From Azolla caroliniana (Eukaryota; Plantae; Polypodiophyta): a stretch of DNA of 64,000 bases. Below the pieces are notes generated by a model that saw only the letters and a list, made by a program, of their open reading frames with translations, was not told the DNA's origin and did no database searches. Made by a program: the position numbers and the translations under genes. Below, one piece after another: positions 36,791 through 51,100 of the stretch (position 1 is its first letter; each line of letters starts with the position of its first letter). The stretch covers positions 7,750,001 through 7,814,000 of the forward strand of contig JBHGNT010000013.1 in NCBI GenBank assembly GCA_043228905.1, given 5' to 3'.

Positions 36791-38769
36791 ATGTTTGGCT
36801 CGGTTGATGATGAGTAAGGTAGGGAGTGAGGGTTTCTGTGTCGGGGGCGATAGTGTGCAAGAGCTTTTGTGCAAGGAGTGAGAGAGCTTTTGTGCAGGAG
36901 GGGAGAGAGTTTGAGGGCTATGAGCTCTTGGCACAGTGCCCCACTTTTTGTATATGCTTCGGTTCTCGCAATGTGGCCGTGTGCCGTAGATTCCGAATCT
37001 TGCCTGCCATAATTAAGTTTTAAGGCCACGCATCGGAAACGGTTTGTACTTGCTTTTCTCGCATTGCATGCATGATCCTTAAATACCTTATAAGCACCCT
37101 CCTCTCTCTTGTTTTAACAGTTGGTTTTCATTCTTGTTCTTGAGAATATACGGTTTTCATTCTTGTTCTTGAGAATATACCATTGTTTAGTTTTTTTGTC
37201 TATCTTGTGCCTCTCTTCTCTCTTCTCTCATACATATACACATCTAATCTATTTTTGCATTACATAATCACATAGTTGATTATTTACATGGTATTACCGC
37301 ATCACATATTCACATATTCACATAGTTGATTATTTATGATACATATATCAAAACTCCAAAGGAATGAAAGAGATTGGAACCCATGATATCTTCAAAGAGA
37401 TGTAAGCTTAACAATTAGGATCCACATTCGAATATATAACCTTTTTAAGATTACCTATAATATATATGTAATATTATGAAACATCTCCACCTCGCAAATG
37501 AAAATGCATGATAAGCAAATGGCATGCTTACATGAATGCCAAGTAGTAATCATTCATGCATGTGAGGTGACAAGCAAACATGTTTCCAAACCATGTTAGC
37601 AAGCATTCTAGTATTTATGAATCATTCTAGTGTCATGAAGCTACACATGCATGTGAAATGTGAGTAGGACTACAAAGGACTTGAGCCAGAGAAGATGGGA
37701 TTTGCTCGAGTTGATAATTTTAGAACCCTTTTAACTATTGGTTATAATGTTTCTTACCTTCCTTAAGATCCTTGGAAGCATGTGGGATTCGGCAGGAATT
37801 TGATAGAGATAAGATGTCATCCTTAGAGTGGAACTTCGGTCCAAAAGAAAACTTTACCTGTTGATGCATCCCATGGTGTGATAACACTAAACATCAAAGG
37901 AGGCACTGCACAAATCACCAAAAAGCTCTTCATGGAAGCATCATTTTCTATAAAGATGGGAAGATTCATATATCAAAAACTCAACAACATCTTCAATTCA
38001 ACTTTGGAAAAGGATAAATGAAGAAGTTAATGGGGGAAGCTGAAGTAAAGAGGATACAAGAAATTTATTACTCAACAACATGAAGATTGAAGGTAGATGA
38101 TCCTCATTCTAGTACTAGCTTTGAGAATATGGTAATTATTCCAAGTAAAGGAAAGGTCCAACCAAAAGCCTTAAGGAACACTAGAGATTGGATGGAATGA
38201 ACCACTACACACATTAACAACATTCACAAAATTTACTAGAATGAACCGCCACGAATTTCGAGTAAAAAAGAAGAGAAACTAAGAAAGCCACTGCGGAAGA
38301 AAAGGCAAAACAAAAAGCAACCTAGAAATTCAAACTAGATGCAAACATAGAGACTGTCATGGACAACAGAAGTCCCTCCTCGATTGAACTTTAGTTTCCA
38401 AGCCTTAGATGAACTCTCATTTTCTCTCAATGATTGATTATTTTTCCTCTTCTTCTATGTGTGTGCTTGCATGCGTGTGTGTATGATCTGCCTTATTACA
38501 AGTATAACCAAGTAAGTGTGTGTGTGTCCACATAAACCTAAGTGTCAAGTATACCAAGTAAGTGGCCATGAAAACCCTACATCGAGTTCCATTGTTACTA
38601 CTAATAACATAAGTAAGCCTCATAGTCCATGCCATAAGAATAGATTCGATGTCTTGAGCCAATTAGAGGATGTGTTAAACAAGTAAGTTCGGCCAAAATA
38701 GGAGCCATTTGCCTAGACCATCCTAGCTATGTAGAGTTAGTTCCTAGTCGTGGTTCTATTTCATCAAAT

Positions 38770-41700
38770 CAAATGAGTAGAGTTTTTTTAGCACAAGTAG
38801 AGCTTACCACATCTACATGTCATTGAGTCCTAGCCTCTGCCCTCCTAGATTCTGGAGCCAACTCTTGTTTCATGGATCGTGAATTTGCCTTGTCACAAAA
38901 ACATCCTAGACTTGAATAAGCTTCCTATCCCAGTAGCCATAGGAGTCATTGATGGACATCCCATAGCATCAAGAGATATAGTCGAGGAGTTCGAGCCAAT
39001 TAGGATAGTCCTTGGTGATTTGGCAAGCATAATCTCTTTCAACATTATTTGTAGTCTGGAACACCCAATAGTTCTAGGTCTCCCTTGGTTTGAACTCCAT
39101 AACCCAAAGATTGATTGGATGAAAAGAACAATTGGGGAGACCGGGAAAAAAGCACAAATCTTGCATCCCTCTCTCCTACATGTGATAATAGATCCCTAGA
39201 GTTATCGACCATCTCTTTACGACAGTTGTGGGAAGAAGGGGAAAACGAGGTCATGTTCGTCTTCGCAATAGTAGCAACTCCATCATCCACTTCACGTGAA
39301 GCAGACATTAAACTACCAGAAAAATACAAGGAGTTCTCAGATGTCTTTGATAAGGTGAAGGCCAATTCATTACCGGAGCATCGGCCATACGACTGCCCTA
39401 TTGACTTACAACCAGGGAAAGAACGAACCTCCATGGGGCCCAATTTATAATCTCTCCCCTGTAGAGCTAGAGACTTTGCGGGAATATATTGATGAGAATC
39501 TAGCAAACGGATTCATTCGGCATTCTAGATCCCTTGTTGGTGCACCTATCTTCTTCGTTAAGAAGAAGAATGGGACTCTTCGGTTGGTCGTGGATTATCG
39601 AGGGCTAAACAAAGTGACTATCCGGAATAGATATGCTCTACTATTAATCCCGAATCTTTTAGAACGTCTTAGTGGTGCAAAATATTTCATGAAGTTAGAC
39701 CTTCGTGGAGCATATAATCTAGTTCAGATTTGCCCGGGGGATGAATGGAAGACAACTTTTCGCACTCGCTATGGACATTTTGAGTAAACTATGATGCCAT
39801 TCGGTCTCATGAATGCACCTGTTGTTTTCCAACATATGGCGAACGATATTTTTCGAGATTTTCTTGATATCTTCACTATAGTTTACCTAGATGATATTTT
39901 AATGTACTCGAAGACCCAAGAGGAGCATGAAGAACATGTTCGTTAGGTACTGCGTTGACTCCGAAAATACGGTCTCTACGCAAAATTAGAAAAGTGTAGT
40001 TTCGGCTAGAATCAAGTGGAATTTTCGGGGTATGTTGTATCATCAGATGGTATTGCTATGGACCACATGAAGGTACAAGCAATTTTAGAGTGGCAAACGC
40101 CCTTTTCAGTGCGTGATGTGCAATGTTTTCTCGGGTTTGCATATTTTTATTGAAAATTTATTAAAGATTATTCCAAGGTGGTGCTTCCGCTTACTCAACT
40201 CATACATAAAAATCAGCCATTTATATGGAGTTCAGATGAAGTCGAGGCATTCGAAAGCTTAAAACGAGCATTTACAATGGCACCTATCTTAGCACATGTC
40301 GACCCAACAAAACGCTTCATTCTCGAAGCCGATGCATCCGATTTTGCACTAGGGAGTGTCCTCTCGCAGATTGGAGATGATGGATAGCTAAACCCTGTTG
40401 CCTTTCATTCATGAAAGTTTGAAGTTGCAAAGATCAACTACGAGATCCATGACAAAGAGCTTCTTGCAATTTTGGATTCGTTTCAACAATGGCGACATTT
40501 TCTAGAAGGTTCTTCTCAGCAGATCATTGTCTACAATGATCATAAGAACCTGACTTATTTCCAAAATGCTTGAGTCTTGAGTCGGCGACAAGCCCGGTGG
40601 GTGTAATTTTTGACTCACTTCGACTTTATCATCATATATCGCCCTGGGATGCAGCAAGGCAAAGCAAATGCTCTTTCTTAGCACTCTTATATGGAACTTC
40701 GTCCAAGGGAACCTGCATTTGAGCATAAAAACAAATCCTTTTGGGTCCTAATCGCTTACGATTAATGGTAGTTAATGCCATAGAAACTCTTGAAGATTCC
40801 ACTCTTCTTGATTCCATTCGAGATCATATGGCCACTAATGATTTCGCTAAGGAAGTTTTGGATCATAACATCCCGAATGATGCTTCTTCCTCACGATCGA
40901 AAAATCCTCGTAATGACTATCGTCAGTTCTATTGGCATGGTGGTTTTCTGTTTCAACAAAACCTATTGTATGTTCTTCATCGTTCCCCATGACTACAAGT
41001 TTTACAACATTGCCATGACTCACCAATGGCTGGTCATTTTGGAGTTCGCAAGACTCTAGAATTAATTTCTTGACGCTATTGGTGGCCTCGCCTTCGTCAT
41101 TTTGTTGAGGAGTATGTTTGCAGCTGTGTATATGTTGTCGGTCAAAGAGTCCTTGGATTTCATTACTGATCTCCCTGTTTCAAAAATTTTTGATGCAATT
41201 CTCACAATGGTTCATCGATTTACCAAAATGGCACATTTCTTGCCATGTACGAAGTCGATTACTAGTCGAGAGTGGCCGATCTTGTTATGCGGGAGGTATT
41301 TAAGCATCATAGTCTGTCGGATAATATTATTAGTGATCGTGGTTCAAAATTCATGTCAAAGTTTTGGAAGCACATGTTCAAACTTCTCCACATTTCGGTT
41401 AAGCTTTCTTCGGTTTATCATCCCGAATCAAATGACCAAATTGAGCGTACCAACTAGATGTTGGAGCAGTATCTTCGTTGTTTCATCAACTATCAACAAG
41501 ATGATTGGGTTTATTTTTTGCACTTGGCGGAATTCGTTTACAACAACTCAGTCCATTATTCTACAGGATATTCCCCATTTTTCGCAAATACGGGTTGTCA
41601 TCCTCGGTGGACGATGAATGCGCATATAGACGTTCCTACCAACCCTGCTGCCGAAGATCATCTTAGTCGCCTCCAAGAAATTCACGCTACCATTGTCTAC

Positions 41701-42663
41701 AAATTGCACGATGCTCAAGTTACACACAAGAGGCTTGCCGATCGTCATCGTCTAGACTCCTCAAAAAAGTTCCGCGTTGGGGATCATGTATGGCTTCTCC
41801 AACACAACATCAAGACCACTCGACCACTCGACGTTTTGGCCCGTACATGATCACTGGTAAGATAAGTGATGTTGCATTTCGTCTTGGCCTCCCTCCACAC
41901 ATGCATCTTCATCCGGTGTTTCATGTATCCCTTTTGGAAACTTATACTACAAGTTCAATTCCGGGCTGTCTTACAACACCCCCACCACCTGTCGAGTTCT
42001 TGGACGGACCCGAATTTGAAGTTGCTGCCATTCTCGAATCTATAATTGTGCGCAACAAGCTGTATTACTTAGTCGATTGGCTAGGTTATACCCCCAATGA
42101 TCGAACTTGGGAACCTGCTGCAAAACTCGTCACTGCATTTCATCACCAATATCCTCGTAAACCAGGTCCTAATACAAACCCTATGACCTGTGAGACGTGT
42201 CGTCGAAGAAGGGGGATAGTGTCATGATAACACTCACATCATGCATCGAAAGGATCATGACACTCACATTTTGCCTCGAAAAGATTTGAACCCATGGCCT
42301 TGTTGTACACATGTCAAATCCTTAGCCATTGTATTAATATTCTTGTATATGTAGTTTTCAAAATATGAAATCTAATATCATAGGAATATTCTATATTACT
42401 CTACATTCTAGAATGACCTAGAATATTTTAGAGTGTTATATACACTAGAACCTTCTAGAATACTCTAGAGATCTTCTAGATTACTCTACATTCTAGGATA
42501 ACCTAGAATATTCTAGAGTGTTCTCCATTACATATAAATTGGGATCTACCACTCATCCCAAACCTAAATTGGTTCAACACCATTTTGTAGTACTCTGTTG
42601 CCTACTCTTTGTAATCCATTTACTCTTCAATATAATAATTCCTTTTCAATTATCTCTCTATCT

Positions 42664-42707
<44 letters not shown>

Positions 42708-42717
42708 GGTCTTGACA
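38770..42717 (+). mobile_element. 5'-truncated chromoviral Ty3/gypsy element (Tcn1-like): protease, RT, RNase H, integrase, chromodomain, 3' LTR
   Basis: ALLDSGANSCFMD; [32 protein letters not shown]; EADASDFALG; HPVFHVSLL; chromodomain EFEVAAIL..YLVDWLGYTPNDRTWEP; PPT then LTR 42220-42717 (TGTCA..TGACA). Confidence 0.9.
42380..42525. promoter_or_regulatory. Cluster of heat-shock-element-like nGAAn repeats in the chromovirus LTR
   Basis: Perfect aGAAccTTCtaGAAt at 42447-42461, aGAAtaTTCtaGAGtgTTC near 42505, and further TTCTAGAA-type units. Confidence 0.55.
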
Positions 42718-43075
42718 GTTACCATCTCTCCGTCCCTTGGCAATGAGTCGGCCATCTTTCTCGATGAAGCATCCTTCGTTGTTGAAGCTGACTTGCATGC
42801 CTTGCTCCATGATTTGGCCGACGAAGACCAAATTCTTCGTTATTGTGGGCACATGCAAGACATTCTTGATGCAAGTTTGCTCATCTTCTTTCCCGAATGG
42901 GACATTGCCAATGTGCCGAATGGGATGTGTGGTGTCGTCTCCCGTCTCTATGAAGCCGGGTCAGTCCAACGTTCGTAAGTCACGAAACCACTCTTGGTGT
43001 GATGTCATATGATGTGAGGCACCGGAATCGACGAACCACACGTCTTCTGAGTTGGAGGTGCTTGCAGAGTCGTAG
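42718..43075 (-). mobile_element. Copia protease-region fragment related to 47718-53604
   Basis: EDVWFVDSGASHHMTSHQEWF..HVPTITKNLVFVGQIMEQG. Confidence 0.75.
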
Positions 43076-43199
43076 GTGTTAGGATCTCGGTCTCTCCGGA
43101 TGGGATGATGAAGGCCCGGTGAGAACTGAATAATGAGTACCTGGCAAGGAAGACCCGGTGAGAACCAAATGTTGCAGGCCCAGTGAGAATCTCTCACCA

Positions 43200-44528
43200 G
43201 ATGAAGGGACATATATGTAAATATGTTCCAGATAGCCTGAAATTCATATTAGTATAAATATGACCTAGGGCAAACTCTTGGGTGTTGTTGTCATTATTTT
43301 GTTGTATAGAGTTATTTTTTTTGTAACTGTTGTACAAAGCATAGTAGAGAGAGAGAGAGATACAGAGTGATTCTCTGTTGTAACCGCCGCCAGACAAAGA
43401 TTGTCAGCAAGAGGTTGTTGCCTCTGTGTTCACCTGTTGTATTCTCCTTACATAGTGATAGTTCGGAATTTGTGGACTCCCGTGCTTTTTTCCCATTTAG
43501 GGTTTTCCATGTTAACATATCGTGTACTCTCTCTCATATTGACTGTGTGTACGTGTATTCACCTCCATTCCCATTCTTGGTGTTCTATTCGAAATGACAC
43601 GATCTGAGACTCGGTTGTGGTTGAGTAATATTCCGCACATTTCGCGTCAAACTAGTATCAGAGCGAAACGACACAGAAAATGGAAGATTCATTTGGCGGC
43701 ATGTTCAAGCTCACCGGCTCCAACTACTCAGTGTACAAGTTGAAGATGAGGGACATGCTCGTGGTTAAAGATCTTTGGTTGCCGGTTCAGTTTGGGGACA
43801 AGAGACCGGATAAAATCGACGCCACAGTGTGGGAGGTAATGCACATGAAGACAACGACGTACATACGGTGTTTCATCGACATGAGCCTGTACAACAACTT
43901 TAATGAGGAGAGCAAGGCTCATGAGCTTTGGGAGAAGATCAACATTATGTTTCAGAACAAAAATGTTGTTAATCGGGTTTCAGTATTCCGGAAGCTAGTA
44001 AGACTCCGGTACCAAGATGGCTCCAACATGACGGAGCACATGAATGCCTTCCAGGAGCTGATTCACCAGGCAAAATCGTTGGAACTACCTCTCGCCGATT
44101 AGGTATTAACATTGCTCCTGCTCGGTTCCCTCCCAGACAGCTGGGAGACGTTGGTTGTCACTTTGGGCAACGCCGGGCCAGAAGGAAAACAGGTATCCCT
44201 AGCAAGAGTCAAGTCGAGCTTGTTAGATGAGGAGGCGTGTCGGAAAGACAAGGATAAGATCTTTGACACCAAAGCGCTCCTTACCGAATCAGAACACGGA
44301 AGACAAAGGAACCGGAGTCCCTAGAACTAGGAAAAGTTAGGGACACGATCAAAGTCAAGGGGAAGGCCCACTTTCTTCTACTGTGGGAAACCGGGCATTT
44401 CCAGAAGAACTCTCGGCATTTCTGAAAAGAGAAGGAAACCGACAGTACCGATTCGAAGCGGTCACCGGACCGGAATGGTAAAGACCGAAGGGGACCGGAC
44501 CGGAAGGGAATGACGACAATCATGGCAA
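43200..44528 (+). mobile_element. 5' end of a copia (LTR remnant, degenerate Met PBS, gag)
   Basis: TAGTATCAGAGC at about 43653, then gag MEDSFGGMFKLTGSNYSVYK.. from 43680. Same family as 26720-27530. Left boundary approximate. Confidence 0.75.
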
Positions 44529-47500
44529 ATCAATGACACATACTTCAAGACTAAGTACATTGTAACTTGCCCACAAAATATTCTAGTTGACTTGATTAGC
44601 CAATCCTATTACCTATTTCGCTCTTTCCTTAATCCATTGTGTCCTACGCATCTACGGTTTCCTAGATTAACACCTTATAGACCCATATGGTCGAGTTGCA
44701 GACTAGTCGCTCCTCATTTGCGGCGCTATCACAGAATGTGTACTCTAAGAGCACATATGGGGGTAGATTTACAACTTGGGGTGATCATTGATTATATCTA
44801 ACACACCCCCTCAATGGTCAACCCATTGAGTTCACTTGGAATTGGGCCAAGTCCTAGTCGTCAAAGGTGTTGTTGTAGATGTTCTGCTCCAAGCGCCTTT
44901 GTGAAGATATCCGCAACATTTTCTGATGTCGGACAGTACTCAAGCTCCACAGTCTCATCATTTATTAGCTCCTGCACATAGTTATACTGAATCTCTATGT
45001 GTTTAGTATGTGCATGAAATACAAGGTTCTTGGCAATGGCCATGCAACTCTGATTGTCACACCTCAATACCGTTGTCGTCCTTATTTGAACTGCCACATC
45101 CATAAGGATTTTTCTTAACCAAACTACCTCGCATGCCGCTATGCATGTTGCTTTGTATTCTACCTCCGTTGAAGATAGTGCCATTGTTGGTTGTTTTTTA
45201 CTACTACATGAAACAGCTCTAGAGCCTATTGAAAAACAATATCCAGAAACTAATTTTCTGGAATCACTATCTCCAACCCAATCGGAGTTGCAATATCCAC
45301 CAAGTTCGTCAATTGTTGGCTTGTAGAAGATTCTGTGCAGCTTTCCAATGAGTCGCCTTCGGCTTATTGCTGAATCAACTCACCACACCGACTGCAAAAC
45401 AAATATCCGGCCTAGTGTTGCAAAGGAAAATTAGACTTCCTTCTAGCTATCTATACTTATGTCAACCATTGGTGACGGGTCTTCTTGGGATAGCTTGTAG
45501 TTTGACTCCATTGGAGTCAACTTTGATTTGTTGTCCGTCATCCCAAAGGTCTTCAAGATCTCTGTTGCATACTTTCTTTGTGATATGAAGATGCCAACCG
45601 AGGTTTGCCAAAACTCAATTCCAAGGAAGTAGTGCAAAATCCCCAAGTCTGTCATTTCAAACTCAGTTTTCAAACACTCTTGTGTTTGGCCAATACACTT
45701 TTCATGGTCGCTAGTAAGTACTAGATCATCCACGTAAATGATGATGATGACTTGTTTCTCGTCCTTCATTTTGACATACATACTTACATCCGAAGCACAT
45801 TGCTTAAAGTCGATTGATTGTAAGAAGTTGTCTATCCTCTTGTTCCAAGCTCTCGGTGCTTGCTTTAGACCATACAATGCCTTCTTCAGTTTGCAGACTT
45901 TGTTTTCTAAATTTGGCATCTCAAACCCTGGTGGTTGTGTCACGTATACCTCCTCCTTGAGATGCCCCTTCAGAAATGCCGATTTGACATCCAATTGATA
46001 AATCGGCCATCCTCTTGAAGTAGCCAACGCTATGACCATTCAAATTGTTGTCATGCGAGCTGTCGGGCAAATGTTTGTTGTACATTGAACCCTTCAATTT
46101 GGGAGTATCCTTGTGATACTAGCCTGGGCTTAAATTTCTCCAAAGAACCATCAACTTTATACTTTACTTTCCACACCCACTTGGTGCCTATCACCTTCCT
46201 CTTTGTTGGCCTCTCTACCAACTCCCACATGTCATTTTTCATGATGCTATCATATTCTGATATCATCGCCTCTTTCCACTTCGGGTCAGCTATGGCTTGT
46301 TCCACCTAGTTTGGCTCACTCACTGAGCCTATGATGTCCACCATCAGAGCCATGTTAACAATGTACTCAGAGGTTCTCCCTTGCTCCTGTATTCTTCTTT
46401 ATCTTCGTAATCCATCAGTTGAAGTTTCAAGAAACTCAACTTTAGGAGTACGGTCATTGAAGAGTTGTTGAGCCCATTTAGGTAGTTTCTTTACATGTGG
46501 CACTTGCATAGGCTGAACTAGCGAGCCATTACCATAAGATGGTTCAGCTTCCTTTTCTAGACAGTGGGTTGGGATTGAGGGGAATACTTCTTCGGTTGAA
46601 GAGTTAACTTGAGAATCATTGTTCTCACCTAGTTGTGGTCATTCCTCATCGAACACCACATCGCGGCTTGTCAATATTTTTCTTGCCTCTAGATCGTAGA
46701 GTCGATAGGTCTTTGACTCTTCACTTTATCCGAGAAAGATACACTTCTTGCTTTTAGCATCCAATTTCTTTCTGCTCACATCCGGAACATGTGCGTAGCA
46801 CATACACCCAAAGGTTCTGAAGTGCAACACTGAAGTTTTCTTGCCTGAATAAGCTTCTTGGGGTGTTTTCCCTTGAAATGCCTCCCTGTAGCTCCGATTG
46901 AGGATTTAAACTGTTGTATTCATTGCTTCAGCCCAGAATGGGTCGGGCAACACTTGTGCCTTCAACATAAACCTAGCCATCTCGACAATTGTTTAGTTTT
47001 GACGTTCGACAACGCCATTTTGTTGTGGGGTGTTGGCAGTTGTAAGTTGGTACTTAATTCCATGATCTTTGCAATATTCACAGAATTCTATTGATAAGAA
47101 TTCTCCACCTCAATCAGAGCGTAACTCTTTCACTAACTTTCCGGACTCCCACTCGACAAACTTATGCCATCTTTTGAAGATTTTAAAAGCATCAACCTTC
47201 TCCTCATGGAAGTAAACCCACATTTTTCTACTGAAGTCATCGACTACTAGCATATAGTAGAGAGATCCACCCATTGCAGGAGTCACCATTTTTCTAGAGA
47301 GTTCAATGTGTATTAGTTGTAGAGGAGCCTTTGTCCGATTTTGACTCTCTTTTGGAATGGTTGATCTTTGATGCTTGCCCATCATATAAGCATCACAAAC
47401 ATGACTTAAGTCAGACAGGGTTGGCAACCCAACGACCATATTCGACTTCTTCATCTCCTTCGACATGGAAACATTGAAATGCACAAATCTCTCATGCCAT

Positions 47501-47717
47501 TACTTTGTGTTAGTACTTGGGTTGTGGTCAGTAGAAATTGTAAACGCGCTCAGCTCATAGAGATTGTTGCGCCTTACGCCTATTCCTACAACCTTGCAAG
47601 CAGAATCTGTTATTTCTGCACCTGACTTCTTGAATCGAACATCAAGATCCTTGTTGTTCTTGCAGAAATGGACAATAGATTCTGTTAGAAATATTGAGAA
47701 TCGATTAGATAGGTATA

Positions 47718-48055
47718 TGTTGAGCGGCAAGCTCAACCGGAGCAGGATCGGTTGAATAAGCCGGAGCCGGTAAGCGAGACGGATCGGGCGAAACGGATCG
47801 GTATGACGGTGAGCAACCGAACCGGCAAGCAGTGGAGGCCGGGTGCAATCCGTAACCGGAAGTCCAATCGGAAGCCAAGTATAGGATAGACTACTAGGTA
47901 GCTATAGTCTCGTAGTAAGTGTCAGATGCTCGTGTGAGCATTGAAGTACATGGTACTTCTATCAGTCCCAAGAGGACTTGTATAAATAGTGCTACTTAGC
48001 ACAGTGTGTATACAGAGTCTTAAAATAATTTTGAAATTGTGTTCTGCTCTCTTTG

Positions 48056-48109
<54 letters not shown>

Positions 48110-51100
48110 GTTCTCTGTTTTACGCTTCCGCAAACACTTACGTTCACATGGTATCAGAGCGCGAGGGTTGAGAACCTCTGTTGCTGACATTTACTCTTGA
48201 GAAGAAAACCCTAACAGGTCGAAAGCAGACACAGTAGAAGACATGGATAGAGGCATGGCTACGTCGCTCCCGGTGGAGAAGCTCGATAGGAGCAACTACG
48301 CATCCTGGTCTTACAAGATGCACTAGTACCTGCTTGGACACGGGTACTGGAGTTATGTTGAAGGAGCGAATGATGCGGCGCCCGACTCGACACACAAGGA
48401 CTTCCCGGTATGGGAATAGGCGGTAAGGAGGGTGATGTACTGCTTCGCGTCCAGTGTCGGCGATCAGTTGCTCAGCCACATCCGTGACGCCAAGACACTG
48501 AAGGATGCTTGGGGGAACCTGAAAAAGGTTTTCGCCGCAAGCACCACTGCCCGGAAGCTGCAACTCAGACAGGAGTTGAGCAATGTTCGACAGAAGAACA
48601 TGTCCGTCGTAGACTACACGGGCCGGATAAAGGAGATCTGCGACTCGCTCGCCTCTATCAATGTTATCGTAGAGGAAGACGAGATGGTGCAGGTATGTCT
48701 CGGGAGGCCTGGCGTCCAAGTTCGGAGCGTTCCGGACTACGGTGTGTACAAGGGAGAATACCTCCTCATTCTTCGACTTACAGTCGATGCTCCTTATAGA
48801 GGAGAACCATGCCGGTGCATCTACCAGTGCATCCCCGGACAGCCGAATGCTGTACACGGGAATGGATCGGCTCCGTGGGCGTGGTGGAAGAGGTGGGTCG
48901 GCACGCAATGGAGGCGGCCGGCAATAGCAGGAATGGAGGCACTATGGAGCGTGCCGACAACAGTTCCGGGACTTCCACAAGCAGGGGGAGTCAAAGCGGT
49001 GCCAGAGGCCGGCAAGACAAATCCGCTATGGAATGTTGGTACTGTGGCAAAAAAAGCCACAGGGAAGGCGAGTGCTGGAGAAAGCGTGCCGATTCGGACA
49101 AATCTGGATCCGGCAAGACCGGTAAGGATGGCCGGCAAAACTTGCACTACGCAAACGGATCAAGAGGATCCGGAACCGGAAAGGCCGGTAAGGGGCCAGC
49201 CTTGGTGATGAATCACAAGGCAAACTCAATGAAGAAGACCACTTCCAAAACGGAGGAAGTGTGGTATGTTGATTCCAGTGCGTCGAACCACATGACGAGC
49301 CACAAAGAGTGGTTCTCCTTTCTAGAGAAATCGGATCGACCAGGAGTAGTCGAAACTGGAGACGACACTCCTCACCCAATCGTGCACGTCGGAGAAGTCC
49401 CTCTAAGCCACGTCAGACAGAAAGGGAAGCTGATGAACGTATTACACGTTTCGACAATCACGAAGAACCTGGTGTCCGTCGGTCAGATTGTCAACCAGGG
49501 GATGCAGGTACGGTTTACGCACCTCGGGTGCTTCATTGAGGATGCGGGCGAAGTCATTGCGCAAGGGCGCAGAGACGGGAGGATGTTTATCCTCAAAACC
49601 AATGACTTTGGCACCGCTCTGTTCGCGAAACGACAGAAGGTTGAGTCGGACATCGACGTGTGGCACAAGCGGATAGGCCACGTCAACTACCGGAGGCTTA
49701 AAGACCTGCAAACAAAACAAGTCGTTTTCGGTTTGCCGAAGTTCAGTGGCCGGAGAGCCGAAATTTGTGAAGCCTGCCAACTTGGGAAGCAATACCGGCT
49801 TCCATTCCCCACCGAACGGAACCAGAGCCGTAACAAGCTCAATCTCATCCATTCGGATGTGTGGGGACCGGCACAAAGTGTAAGCCTTGGCGGGAGCCGA
49901 TACTTCGTCTCCTTCATTGACGACTATACTCGACATACTTGGATCTACCTCATTGAGCGGAAGAGCGAAGTCTTCGACTGTTTCCGGAGCCTCCAGAAGA
50001 TGGTGGAACGGGAATCGGAGAGGAAGATCAAATGCCTTTGGTCGGATGGCGGAAAGGAATATTTTTCCAGCCAATTCACTAGTTATCTGCAACAGAAGGG
50101 AATTCGGCGAGAGTTCAGCTGCAGATACACACCGGAGCAAAACGGTGTGGCCGAAAGGAAGAACCGGACACTCGTCGAAGCGGCAAGGGCAATGCTGGAG
50201 GAGAAGAGCATGCCCCGGTTCTAATAGGCGGAGGCAGTCCGGACGGCCGTCTACATACAAAACCGCATTGGTGACAAGGTGTCAGCTCATGAGCTGTATT
50301 TCGGGTGCAAGCCGAACTTAGGACACCTTCGGATATTAGGCAGCATAGCGTATGTGCATGTGCCGGATCAGAAGCGGAGAAAGCTGGATGCAAAATCGGA
50401 AAAATGCATCCTAGTCGGCTATGCTCAAGAGCAAAAGGGGTATAAGTGCTATAACCCCCGGACGAAGGAAGTCTGAGTTAGCCGGGATGTCGAGTTCGAT
50501 GAATCGGCATCCTGGTACTCCGTACCGACTCCGACTTCCGATCCCGACCCAATGCCGGAAGATCAGGCCAATGAGCCTGACTCAGCCCTGGCAGAGGATG
50601 ATGAAGCCGGGACTCAAGATGAGAGTCCGGAATCGTTACGGTTGAGTGGACCGAACGAGCGACTGAGTCGGTTGGACCAGTTGGATGAAGAGACGGCAAG
50701 TGGTGGAGACTCTACCGTGCTCTCCCCACGCAAGTAACCGAGGAAACGGTTCACGCGCAAAGAGAAGGGGAAGAGGAAGATGCCGGAACTCGAAACCGGC
50801 AAGGATGAGTCGGATCAGTGCGTATCCGACTCCGGAAAGGAGAAAGGCAGATCTTCGGCAACGAAGACCAAACTGGCCAAGAAAGGTCTCAAATCAGGTG
50901 ACGGTGCGTTGCGCCGATCAACCCGCCAGAAGGATCCCGTCATGCGGCGAAGCGGCAAAGGACGCAAATTGGCGTGCCGCTATGGACGAAGAAATGCGGG
51001 CACTCGATGCCAACGAAACTTGGGACCTAGTTGATCCTCCCCGTCACTGTAAACCGATCGGCTGCAAGTGCGTGTACAAGGTCAAGTACAACGCCGACGG

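Noticed and set aside
38355-38770. TGTCATGG at 38355 as the 5' LTR of the chromovirus
   Set aside because: No similarity to the 3' LTR beyond the first bases, no matching TSD, and no PBS or gag follows.
42662-42702. (CT)n and (AT)n microsatellites (also near 18315 and 48050-48105)
   Set aside because: Ordinary LTR-internal simple repeats.
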